Assembly: GCA_965222005.1 (NCBI GenBank)
Contig: OZ244935.1
Span: 5,458,639 to 5,522,638 of the forward strand
Direction: 5' to 3'
Length of the DNA stretch: 64,000 nucleotides
Origin: Saprospiraceae bacterium
GTDB taxonomy: Bacteria > Bacteroidota > Bacteroidia > Chitinophagales > Saprospiraceae
Position 1 is the stretch's first letter; each line of letters begins with the position of its first letter. This document shows positions 49,710 to 61,724 of this stretch, piece after piece. The notes beneath the pieces were generated by a model, which was given only the letters and a program-made list of their open reading frames with translations, was not told where the DNA came from and made no database searches. A program made the position numbers and the translations under genes.

Positions 49710-52700
49710 TTAATGGTTAATAGTTATGCGCTTGTTCAATATACCTTCACGGCTGATGACCTTTACCAGGTAAGCACCCGCCGGCCAATGTCCGCTTTCA
49801 ACAAGCATGTGGCTGTTTGACGGGATATGCCTTTCGATCAATTTTCCGGCAGCATCATGGATTTCAACTTCCTTGACATCCAATTGTCCGAATTGAAGCT
49901 GGATAGATTCATCGGCCGGATTGGGGAATAACCGAAGCTGCCCATCGAGCCAGGATTCTACCGTAGCAGTTGAGTTGGTAAGAATTACCGAAGAAGTTGT
50001 TTGCGGCAATACTTCCAATCGCTCCTCTTGATAATTGATTATCAATACATTGCTAATCTTAAAATCAGCTAGCAGATTGCCATTACGGCCTCCGTCAGCA
50101 TCTCCGAGCAACTCGAAAATATCATCCTCGATTACAATAAACAGGATACCCAGTTGTCCGCCGCCAGTAATGTTTTGGCCATCAATACGGCTCACTGCTA
50201 CATCTATCCTGCCAGCGCTGTGAAAATCTTTTTGTATATAGATCAGATCAGTTTCATCATCTCCCAGCCATGACTGCTCAAAATGTACCCTGGCCGATTT
50301 GGAAACAACCACTTTTGGATCATACTCGATACTGAAAGCAATTCCATACACACCTTCTGCAGGCTGGCCGGGTTCGCCCAGCATAATCGGCAGCTCAGCG
50401 CTAGAACCAGGATAAAGCGTATCGGGGCGTACAAAGAAAGGCACAGTAATGAGCCCGCCACTAAAAGGCGGCAACTGCAACAGACTGCTCACTGCTCCGC
50501 CACCGAGTAGGTCGTGCTCTTCGCCCCAGTTTTGCAATATCGCTGTAGTGTCCACAATCTCAATAGCTCCACTGCCATCAGTGTCAATATGCTTGAAGTT
50601 GATTTGCGAATGTACGGTTGCTTCTGACCATTCATAGCCAGGTTGGGCGGTCCATTCGATGCTCGCATTGGGCCGGGCCGGGCCGGCACTTCCCATGCCA
50701 ATGCCCAAGTTGAGTAGATCAAAGTGATCCACCAGGCCACTGGTATCAGTATCGCCCGGCCATACGCAGTCATTCAGTTCCAAAGTTACCAAATCCACTT
50801 CCTGGCAGCCGTCCTGGTATTCGATAGTGAGAGTATAAGTAGTGGTTTGATCGACAAAGGCTATGGGATTGGGGCAGTCACTACAACTCAGATTAGTGCT
50901 TGGCGACCACGAATAGTTAGCCACATCAGTTGCTACTGCCGACAATTGCACCGTAGCCGTATCGCAAAGTACCGTATCCCCAAGTATAGTGGCTTCATTG
51001 ACATTGAGTTCAAAGCTCTCGATGAGCTGGCAGCCATTGCCATCCGTTAGGGTGAGCGCATAAGGTGCCCCGGCAGCCGATAGTCCGACAAGATTTTGAG
51101 TAGTAGCGCCATTGTTCCAGGCATACTGATAAAGCTGGACGCCACCCACTACTTCGATGTCAATCGTACCATCATTGCCCTGGTTACTTTCACAGCTCAC
51201 GGTCACATCGGTAATCCGAAGGGGAGATGGCTCGATGATGGTAAAATGCTGCAATGCCATACAACCATTGGCATCAGTCACGCGCACCGAAATGATGCCC
51301 GGCCCCAAACCGCTGGCTGTTGTTTGGCCATCAAAGGTGTCATCGCTCCAATCGTAAGTGTAGCCGCTCTGGCTATTATTGGCAATTGTAATACTAACGC
51401 TGCCATCGGCGGCACCGGCGCAGCTAACATGCTGCAAATCAACAAGTTGTATCTCCGGTGCCGGCGCATTCAATATCTCAAAACGGCCGCTGTAATTGGT
51501 GCAGCCATTCTCCGAAACCTGTAGCTCATATACTCCTGCTTCCAATCCATTAAGATTTTTGGTGGCAGCACTGAATCCATTAGGTCCACTCCAGGCAAAG
51601 GCCATAGTAGGCGGAATGGCCCCGCCGTCGATGGCCAATTCAATACTGCCGCCGACGCCATCGCAATCCACAGGGTTGACACAGGCATTCACAACGAGCG
51701 GAGCCGTACAATCATTAGTAAACACACCATTTCTGGCCTGCAATCCGATTTTGTTCAAATTCTTATCCAGTACCATAATAGCAGCAGGCTGGTTGCCAAA
51801 ACGCACCTCTGCAGTACCGCCAAAAGCGGGTGCTGTTTGGAAGCACACTTCAAATATCAACTCGGAATTACTCAGATTGGGCGAATTGACCAAATCTTCC
51901 GATAATAATACTGCCAGTCTCCCCGAGGCCGTTTCTGTGGTGCCAAAATCGACGAACAAGTATGGGCTGAGATTGTTATCTTTGGCGGCACTGACAAAGT
52001 TAAGTTGGTTGGGATCCCACTGTAGCGAAAACTGAGCGCCATGAAGTGGTACATACTCATTGATGCCAAACTGCATACAACTCACCGCGCCAGGCGCAAT
52101 ACTTTCTTTGGAGCCATAAAACAAGGGCGTGCAGGCTGCATTCCCACCACAGTTGAGTTCGATGGGGTCCGAAAAGTATTGGCAGCCGTTGATATCAGTA
52201 GCCGTGTAGGTGTAGGTACCCGGAGGCAGTCCCTCAAATATAGCCACATTGCTACCACTTTGTATTTGTCCATCACTCAACTCAAAGGTGGTTGAATCAC
52301 CCCACCAATTTAGTACGACAATCTCTCCGCTCACCTGTACCGGCAGGGTTTGATCGCAATGCCAGGTGTCCTGAATAGCCGTAACAAGTATGCTATCACT
52401 TAATGCATAAACCTTTTCAGTTGAACAACCACTAGTGGTTTCTGTTACCGTCACAGAATAACGCCCGGCGGGCACATTAGCCAGGTCTTCGGTAGTGGCG
52501 CCAGTATTCCAGATATAGCTCAGTTGGGCGGCATTGATGATTGTTCCAACGCTCAGATCAACAAACCCATTGGCTGTGCCGCAATTGGGATGGCCCTCAG
52601 ATGCTGCAATTAAAAAGGCATCATCGGCTCCACTTTGCACTTCAAAATCTTCTGAATAAGTACAGCCATTATTGTCTGTAACTGTCAGGCTGTAAGTACC

Positions 52701-53624
52701 TGCGGTAAGGCTGGTGAGGCTGGGGGTAGTAGCGCCATTGCTCCACTGATAGGTATAAGGAGGCTGACCACTATTGACGTTCAATATCTGAATGGCGCCG
52801 CTATTGGGCGTAGTACAACCCTCATGGGTAATGGAAGCATCGACACTCAGCCCGATGCCTTGCCCCAAGGTCAAAAAACTGGCTTCCCGCCATACATTAT
52901 TGGCATCTGTTACGGTAAGCGTATAAAAACCGGAATGCAGGTTGGACAGATACTCATCCGTGCTGGTAAACCCATTGGGGCCGATCCATTGATAACTAAA
53001 AGGCATTGCGCCACTAAACATGTTCACCTCAACGGAAGCATCGTTGGCCCCAATACAATTTTCGCCATAGGCACAAGCTTCCATAGCGAGAGGGCCATAG
53101 CCAAAGCCAACCTCTATCTTGCCGGCCAGGCCGGAGAAGGGGTGCAGGCTTATATTTCCGCCACTATCGAGCCGAATTACCTCTATGCGTTGGGGCGTAT
53201 TGGTGAATTGAATAGGCGTATGGGTTCCTGCAGCACCTACCAATTGCATTTGCAAACGATATACAATGGTGGCATCGGCCAGATCAAATCCGGTTTGGTT
53301 GGGGTCAGTATATAAAAGGATCAGCTTCCCGGGCTCGATTTCATTGTATTGGAAATTGCTCGATTGGCTGGCTATTCCAATGGGAATTACATCTACCAGG
53401 CTGGCCACCGCCGGATCCCATTGCATCACATACTGAAAACCGATCATATCGGAAAAGCCATAGCTGAGTACATCTACATTAATAGCATCGCCGGCATTAC
53501 CGGTGGCGTAACCACATTCCAGCCGGAAGCAGTCAGTCCCTTGTGCCCATAGCTTTATATGACTCATTGGAGACAGGAACAGCCCGGCCATCAGCAAAAA
53601 CAGGAGGGTTATTTTTTGTGTCAT
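49710..53624 (-). CDS. Giant T9SS-sorted adhesin-like protein B (many SprB repeats, dockerin-like and cohesin-like modules)
   Basis: Signal peptide. At least eight SprB-type repeats (e.g. PPYTYQWSNGATTPSLTSLTAGTYSLTVTDNNGC). Dockerin-like pair (GDTDTSGLVDHFDLLNL… and DTDGSGAIEIVDTTAILQNW). Cohesin-like segment (…GVYGIAFSIEYDPKVV…). C-terminal T9SS sorting domain (…LFPNPADESIQLQF…HWPAGAYLVKVI…). 1304 aa. Confidence 0.7.
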   Translation of the reverse strand: MTQKITLLFLLMAGLFLSPMSHIKLWAQGTDCFRLECGYATGNAGDAINVDVLSYGFSDMIGFQYVMQWDPAVASLVDVIPIGIASQSSNFQYNEIEPGKLILLYTDPNQTGFDLADATIVYRLQMQLVGAAGTHTPIQFTNTPQRIEVIRLDSGGNISLHPFSGLAGKIEVGFGYGPLAMEACAYGENCIGANDASVEVNMFSGAMPFSYQWIGPNGFTSTDEYLSNLHSGFYTLTVTDANNVWREASFLTLGQGIGLSVDASITHEGCTTPNSGAIQILNVNSGQPPYTYQWSNGATTPSLTSLTAGTYSLTVTDNNGCTYSEDFEVQSGADDAFLIAASEGHPNCGTANGFVDLSVGTIINAAQLSYIWNTGATTEDLANVPAGRYSVTVTETTSGCSTEKVYALSDSILVTAIQDTWHCDQTLPVQVSGEIVVLNWWGDSTTFELSDGQIQSGSNVAIFEGLPPGTYTYTATDINGCQYFSDPIELNCGGNAACTPLFYGSKESIAPGAVSCMQFGINEYVPLHGAQFSLQWDPNQLNFVSAAKDNNLSPYLFVDFGTTETASGRLAVLLSEDLVNSPNLSNSELIFEVCFQTAPAFGGTAEVRFGNQPAAIMVLDKNLNKIGLQARNGVFTNDCTAPLVVNACVNPVDCDGVGGSIELAIDGGAIPPTMAFAWSGPNGFSAATKNLNGLEAGVYELQVSENGCTNYSGRFEILNAPAPEIQLVDLQHVSCAGAADGSVSITIANNSQSGYTYDWSDDTFDGQTTASGLGPGIISVRVTDANGCMALQHFTIIEPSPLRITDVTVSCESNQGNDGTIDIEVVGGVQLYQYAWNNGATTQNLVGLSAAGAPYALTLTDGNGCQLIESFELNVNEATILGDTVLCDTATVQLSAVATDVANYSWSPSTNLSCSDCPNPIAFVDQTTTYTLTIEYQDGCQEVDLVTLELNDCVWPGDTDTSGLVDHFDLLNLGIGMGSAGPARPNASIEWTAQPGYEWSEATVHSQINFKHIDTDGSGAIEIVDTTAILQNWGEEHDLLGGGAVSSLLQLPPFSGGLITVPFFVRPDTLYPGSSAELPIMLGEPGQPAEGVYGIAFSIEYDPKVVVSKSARVHFEQSWLGDDETDLIYIQKDFHSAGRIDVAVSRIDGQNITGGGQLGILFIVIEDDIFELLGDADGGRNGNLLADFKISNVLIINYQEERLEVLPQTTSSVILTNSTATVESWLDGQLRLFPNPADESIQLQFGQLDVKEVEIHDAAGKLIERHIPSNSHMLVESGHWPAGAYLVKVISREGILNKRITINH

Positions 53625-53800
53625 GGTACTACAATTTTGTTGTGATTCGAAGGAATTTGGTGCGCACCATACAAAAGTAAGGCTAAAGGAACCTTCGGAA
53701 AAGAACTTTTTAGAGCATTTGTAGCAGATTATTGCTTCTATTTTCTATAAAAATCATTAATTTTATTAGATTTCCTTTTCAAAAAAGTAGAGAAATATTT

Positions 53801-55252
53801 ATGCAACAATCCAGAATTTGTACCCTTCTGCGGGCACTTTCCACTAAAGAGCGGACTAAATTTGCCGAATTAGTCCATTCTCCATATTTTAATAAGAATA
53901 AAAAAGTACAGCAGCTATGGGCTCTGCTCGCTCCCTTTGCTCCGCTATTCGACCATCCTTCGATGGATCGCAAGCTGCTCTTTGGCCAGCTATTTGGCCC
54001 CGCCACCTACCAGCCCGCCCGCATCAACAATGTGATTTCCGACCTGCTTCACCTGCTCTACCAATTTCTGGCACTCCGCCAATGGCAGCAATTTCCACAG
54101 CTGCGCTATCAGCTACTCCTCGAAGAGCTTTTGCAGCGGGAGGTACATCGGGATATCGAACGGGTCGCGCGTTGGTATCGCCAATCGCTTGACAAAAGTC
54201 AGCTGAGGCATCACAGTCACTATCTCGATCAGCACTTCTTGTATGACAAACTCGACCGCTACTTTTCTACCAAAGGCCAACGCACCTACGATGTCAACTT
54301 GCAGCACAAAAGTGATCAGCTGGATATCTACTATCTGAGCAGCAAGCTGAAAATCGCCTGCGATATGGCTAGCCGCAATATCGTCACAGACTCCAACTAT
54401 CGCTGCGGCCTGCTCGATACACTCCGTCAGTATTATGCTCAAAATCGGAAGGAACTTTCATCGCATATTGCGATAGAAATGTATTACAAAATACTACAAA
54501 TGATTGAGGATTACGAAAACGAGATACATTTCCACGATCTGAAAGCCAACATCCACCAACATGCGCATCGCTTTCCACTGGAAGAGCTGCGCGAAATCCA
54601 TGTACATGCCCTCAACTACTGCATCAAAAAGATCAATTCGGGCAAAAGTGAATACTACCAGGAGGTATTGGAACTGTATCAGTCCATGCTCCGGCAAGGG
54701 GTCGTGTTTCGCAACAGCTATCTGCCGGCCTCAACCTTCAAAAACATCATCACTACGGGTATCCGGCTGCGTGAGTTTGACTGGACTGCCCGATTCATTG
54801 AGCAATACAAGGAACGACTGCTGCCAGAAGAACGCGCCAATGCGCTTGCCTTCAACCTGGCTGCCTTGTACTTTGCCAAAGAAGATTACTCGCTGGCACT
54901 CAGTCAGTTACACAATGTAGAATTCAACAATGCATCTTACCACCTGGGGGCCAAGATCATCCAACTCAAAAGCTATTTTGCCCTACAGGAAACGGAAGCC
55001 CTATTGGCCCTTGTGCAAGCCTCTCTCAAATATATTCGCCGCAATAAATCACTCTCTGCCTATGCCAGGCGCGCCAATGCCAATTTTTTCAAAGCAGCCA
55101 AAACGCTCGTCGGTTTACAATTCAAACGGCTCCCTTTGGGCAAAGCCGCTTTTGACAGGCTGGTGAAAAGTACCACTCCTCAATTATTAGCCCTGCACCC
55201 GATGGCCAATAGAGACTGGCTGGAGGCGGCGGTGGAGCAGTTGGAAAATTGA
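53801..55252 (+). CDS. Uncharacterised all-alpha protein, paralog B (divergent partner of adhesin B)
   Basis: Paralog of 45294-46754. The ORF track starts at 53732, but alignment with paralog A supports the start at MQQSRICTLLRALSTKERTKF (53801). Confidence 0.5.
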   Translation: MQQSRICTLLRALSTKERTKFAELVHSPYFNKNKKVQQLWALLAPFAPLFDHPSMDRKLLFGQLFGPATYQPARINNVISDLLHLLYQFLALRQWQQFPQLRYQLLLEELLQREVHRDIERVARWYRQSLDKSQLRHHSHYLDQHFLYDKLDRYFSTKGQRTYDVNLQHKSDQLDIYYLSSKLKIACDMASRNIVTDSNYRCGLLDTLRQYYAQNRKELSSHIAIEMYYKILQMIEDYENEIHFHDLKANIHQHAHRFPLEELREIHVHALNYCIKKINSGKSEYYQEVLELYQSMLRQGVVFRNSYLPASTFKNIITTGIRLREFDWTARFIEQYKERLLPEERANALAFNLAALYFAKEDYSLALSQLHNVEFNNASYHLGAKIIQLKSYFALQETEALLALVQASLKYIRRNKSLSAYARRANANFFKAAKTLVGLQFKRLPLGKAAFDRLVKSTTPQLLALHPMANRDWLEAAVEQLEN

Positions 55253-55366
55253 ACTACATTAGACAAAGAAAAAGCCCTTTCATTTAGGTCATCTTTTGAG
55301 CTTCTCGTATTTTTGCGCTGCCTATTCGGCCGGAGAGAACTATTCACTTAACCAAGAAAAGCACAT

Positions 55367-58252
<2,886 letters not shown>

Positions 58253-58255
58253 AGG

Positions 58256-58335
58256 TTTTCCGGTTTCCGGTTGTCGGTTGTCGGCGACTGGGTTTCGCGT
58301 TAGATGAGCACCGGACACCGAGCACCGGAAAACCG
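58256..58335. terminator. Putative bidirectional terminator / CCGG-rich hairpin cluster between convergent gcvP and a T9SS cargo gene
   Basis: CCGGTTTCCGG (58258-58270) pairs with CCGGAAAACCG (58312-58324), and CGGACACCG repeats are present. A related CCGG-rich block recurs at 59935-60010, downstream of the paralogous gene. Confidence 0.35.
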
Positions 58336-58343
58336 CCCAACCG

Positions 58344-59843
58344 TCAAATCCTCACAAACTTCCCCACATACCGCTCCCCCTCTTCTCCTTGCAGTACCAA
58401 AAAATAAGCTCCTGATGGCAGCTCCGATACCTCCAGCTCCGGCTCACGGATGCTGCGCTGTACCAGCAGGCGGCCGATAGTGGAATAGATTTTCACTTCG
58501 TATGATTGATGCCCCACAGCGGGCGGCAGCGCGAAGGATAAGCGAGAGTGCGTGGGGTTGGGATGCAGCTTTATTTCCAGCGTTTTGGGCGGCAGGTCGC
58601 CAACATCACTCGTAAAGCTACTCATATTGTCGATCAACACCCAGGAGGAGGGCGCTTCTACAATATTCAGATCAACCCTTTTATATCGCCGCCCACATAC
58701 CGCAAATTGGCCAGAGGGCAGGAAGGCAATGCTCGTAGGAAGGTCATGTTGATCCAGGCTGTCCAAGCGTTTTTGGCGCACCAGCTCGCCCTCCCTGTTG
58801 ATATGGCCTATGTAAAACTTTTTGTCTGGAGGGACTCCAAGGTCCGACTCCGACCAGATGCACAAAAAGCCTTCTTTACCCATTTGCTGTATTTCCAAAA
58901 ATTGCATGGGGTATTGCCGGACGGACAGCAACTGCCCGGCCTCATTCAGTTCGATGCGAAAACTGAAGCTTGAAGTAGAATTAGGCCAGTAATCTTCAGC
59001 AAAAAGAACTATTTTTCTGCTTTCCTCCAAACCATAAATTGCTTTAGGTGTACCTGTCTCCCATACAGCTTTAACCCATAAAACGGAATCAGAGGAAGAT
59101 GCCCTGGATACCAATAAAGAGTCAACAGGTTCTTGATAATAAACTACTATGAAATCATTGGCATAGGTAGTCGCACTATACACAAATGGTCTCATCGAAG
59201 ACGGCAAAGTATCTATATATTCCCGAGGCCAAAACTCCGCCACCGTGTACATAGAATCTTGTTCGTTGATCTCTGCTACTGTGGTTTGCTTAAACCACCA
59301 GTCCCTGTAAAATATTTTCAATTTATCTATCTTCATTTGGGCAAAATTGATATGACTTACTTCACAAAGTCCACCCTCATTGTGAATATATGTCTTTAGA
59401 AGTTCTCCATTCTTTGCATAGATCTTTTGAAAGCCTACCCTTCTCGTCTCCAATGCAAAGCCACCACCGCAAGGTAATATACCATATTGCGCTACTATCG
59501 GAAACAATATCTCCTGATCTCCACGGAAGTGGAGCGAAGAACTGGCCGAAAAACCATCCGAGTACAGACCCACTTTGGGGTATTGCACAAAATAATTTTC
59601 CCTGCCTGCTCTGTCCATACTCAGTAGAGCCGTGCCATAGTGGGTGTAGAAGTGAATAGGAATGCCGGGGAGATCATTATAGTCAAAAATATCCGCAGCG
59701 ATGTACAATTGCTCATCCGGCCCCTGGGTGATGTATTGAAAAAACAGCGAAGAATCGGTAAAGGCGTAGCGCTTGAATACGGGCTGCTGGGCCGTCAGCC
59801 AATGGCCAATTCCGATTAATAGTAAACCTAAAATTACTCTCAT
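58344..59843 (-). CDS. T9SS-sorted secreted protein, tandem paralog 1
   Basis: Probable start is MRVILGLLLIGIGHWLTAQQ (signal peptide); the ORF-track start at 60014 is probably an upstream extension. C-terminal T9SS sorting domain (…LHPNPTHSRLSF…YEVKIYSTIGRLLVQRSI…LPSGAYFLVLQ…). No recognised catalytic domain. Confidence 0.6.
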   Translation of the reverse strand: MRVILGLLLIGIGHWLTAQQPVFKRYAFTDSSLFFQYITQGPDEQLYIAADIFDYNDLPGIPIHFYTHYGTALLSMDRAGRENYFVQYPKVGLYSDGFSASSSLHFRGDQEILFPIVAQYGILPCGGGFALETRRVGFQKIYAKNGELLKTYIHNEGGLCEVSHINFAQMKIDKLKIFYRDWWFKQTTVAEINEQDSMYTVAEFWPREYIDTLPSSMRPFVYSATTYANDFIVVYYQEPVDSLLVSRASSSDSVLWVKAVWETGTPKAIYGLEESRKIVLFAEDYWPNSTSSFSFRIELNEAGQLLSVRQYPMQFLEIQQMGKEGFLCIWSESDLGVPPDKKFYIGHINREGELVRQKRLDSLDQHDLPTSIAFLPSGQFAVCGRRYKRVDLNIVEAPSSWVLIDNMSSFTSDVGDLPPKTLEIKLHPNPTHSRLSFALPPAVGHQSYEVKIYSTIGRLLVQRSIREPELEVSELPSGAYFLVLQGEEGERYVGKFVRI

Positions 59844-60017
59844 GAAATTAATTTTGTTCCCCCTGCTTACCCAGTATAAGCCGTAAAGGTCAATATAAAA
59901 TAAAAATATAAAGTAAAAGTGTAAACGACTTTCCGGTTTCCGGTACACGGTGCTCGGTATCCGGTTGCCTTCTATCGCGAACACCAGCCAACCGGACACC
60001 GGAAAACCGGACAACCG

Positions 60018-61520
60018 TCAAAATTTCACAAACTTCCCCACATACCGCTCTCCCCCTTCTCTTTCTAGTACCAAAAAATAAGCCCCCACCGGCAGCTCCG
60101 ATACCTCCAGCTCCGGCTCATGGATGCTGCGCTGTACCAGCAGGCGGCCGATAGTGGAATAGATTTTCACTTCGTATGATTGATGCCCCACAGCGGGCGG
60201 CAGCGCGAAGGATAAGCGAGAGTGCGTGGGGTTGGGATGCAGCTTTATTTCCAGCGTTTTGGGCGGCAGGTCACCAACATCACTCGTAAAGCTACTCATA
60301 TTGTCGATCAACACCCAGGAGGAGGGTGCTTCTGTATAGTTTAGATCAACTACTTCAAAGCGTCGCCCGCATACAGCGAATTGGTCGGGGGGAATGAAGG
60401 CAATACTTGTTGGGCTATCATACTGATCCAGACTATCCAGCAACTTTTGGCTCACCAGCTCGCCTTCGCTATTGATATGACCTATGTAAAACTTTTTGTC
60501 GGAGGATATTCCAATATCTGGCTCCGACCAGATACACAAAAAACCATCCTCACCCATCTGCTGTATTTCCCAAAAACGCATGGAGTATTGCTGTACAGAC
60601 AGCAACTGCCCATATTCATCCAGCTCGATTCGAAAACTGAAGCGAGAGGAAGTACCGGGTCTGTAGGTTTCAGCAAAAAGAACGATCCGCTTTTTACCTG
60701 TCAAGGTATATATTCCCATAGTAGAACCAGGGCCTGACACTTCTGTAGTCCATACAACCGAATCGGGTGAAAAAGCCCGGGACACTACCAAAGCTCGTGA
60801 GCCTGTTGAATCTTCGGAATCGTGGTTGCAGCTATAAATGTAATTATCATATAAAGTGGTCACTCGTTGAATATAGGGCGTCAATGAATCTATTTCCTCT
60901 CGTGGCCAAAACTCTACTACGGTGTACATAGAATCCTGTTCGTTGATTTCTGCTACAATACTTTGAAAAAAAACCCAATCTCTATAAAAGACTTTAAGCT
61001 TACCATTTTTCATTTTAGCATGATAGATATTGTTTCGCTCACATAACCCATTTGAATTGTGGATATGGGTTTTGAGGAGTTCCCCGCTTTTTGCATGAAT
61101 TTTTTGAAAACCTACCCTTTCTGTTTTAACCAAGCTGCCATCACCACACGATTGATAGCCATAATCAACATGTATCGGAAACAATATCTCCTGATCTCCA
61201 CGGAAGTGGAGCGAAGAGCTGGCCGAAAAACCATCCGAGTACAGACCCACTTTGGGGTATTGCACAAAGTAGTGGTCCCTGCCTGCCTTATCCATGCTCA
61301 GCAGGGCCGTGCCATAATGGGTGTAAAAGTGGATGGGAATACCACCCAGGTCTTCATAAGCATAGATATCCGCAGCAATGTACAACTGCTCATCCGGCCC
61401 CTGCGTGATGTATTGAAAGACCAGCGAGGAGTCAGTAAAGGCATAGCGCTTGAATACGGGCTGCTGGGCCATCAGCCAATGGCCAATTCCGATTAATAGT
61501 AAACCTAAAATTACTCTCAT
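60018..61520 (-). CDS. T9SS-sorted secreted protein, tandem paralog 2
   Basis: Start MRVILGLLLIGIGHWLMAQQ. The N-terminal roughly 150 aa and C-terminal roughly 125 aa are nearly identical to paralog 1 (and near-identical at nucleotide level). The middle is diverged. Confidence 0.6.
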   Translation of the reverse strand: MRVILGLLLIGIGHWLMAQQPVFKRYAFTDSSLVFQYITQGPDEQLYIAADIYAYEDLGGIPIHFYTHYGTALLSMDKAGRDHYFVQYPKVGLYSDGFSASSSLHFRGDQEILFPIHVDYGYQSCGDGSLVKTERVGFQKIHAKSGELLKTHIHNSNGLCERNNIYHAKMKNGKLKVFYRDWVFFQSIVAEINEQDSMYTVVEFWPREEIDSLTPYIQRVTTLYDNYIYSCNHDSEDSTGSRALVVSRAFSPDSVVWTTEVSGPGSTMGIYTLTGKKRIVLFAETYRPGTSSRFSFRIELDEYGQLLSVQQYSMRFWEIQQMGEDGFLCIWSEPDIGISSDKKFYIGHINSEGELVSQKLLDSLDQYDSPTSIAFIPPDQFAVCGRRFEVVDLNYTEAPSSWVLIDNMSSFTSDVGDLPPKTLEIKLHPNPTHSRLSFALPPAVGHQSYEVKIYSTIGRLLVQRSIHEPELEVSELPVGAYFLVLEREGGERYVGKFVKF

Positions 61521-61724
61521 GAAATTAATTTTGCTCCCCTGCCCATTGGCCAAAACCAACGGGCAGGGGAAGTTCTTTTATTTAGAGTGTGTTCGGAATT
61601 TGTTCTTTGAGGCGAAAAGAATTCATTTTTTGGTGAGGCGAAGCTGAAAATTGGGAACGTAGCCGCGCTACGAAGCCCAATTTTTGAATGAAGTATCACC
61701 AAAAAAGGGATGTTTGCAGCCCGA

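Noticed and set aside
53732-53800. N-terminal 23-aa extension of the paralog-B ORF (MLLFSIKIINFIRFPFQKSREIF)
   Set aside because: Alignment with paralog A places the start at MQQSRICTLL. The extension lies in AT-rich promoter DNA.
55253-55366. Glycine riboswitch upstream of gcvP (a GGAGAG motif is present)
   Set aside because: The region is only about 110 nt. It lacks the conserved ACCGAAGGGGCAA-type core and tandem-aptamer architecture, so a single hexamer is insufficient.
59844-60014. 57-aa N-terminal extension of the 58344 ORF and the corresponding extension of the 60018 ORF
   Set aside because: Both paralogs share the MRVILGLLLIGIGHWL signal peptide start. The upstream extensions differ and lack signal-peptide logic.
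61534-61567. Hairpin CCCCTGCCC…GGGCAGGGG as terminator of the metalloprotease gene
   Set aside because: The stem is perfect, but the flanking sequence lacks a U-tract in the correct orientation for the minus-strand gene ending at 61725. It may instead be a regulatory or structural element of the downstream gene's leader, so it was not called as a terminator.
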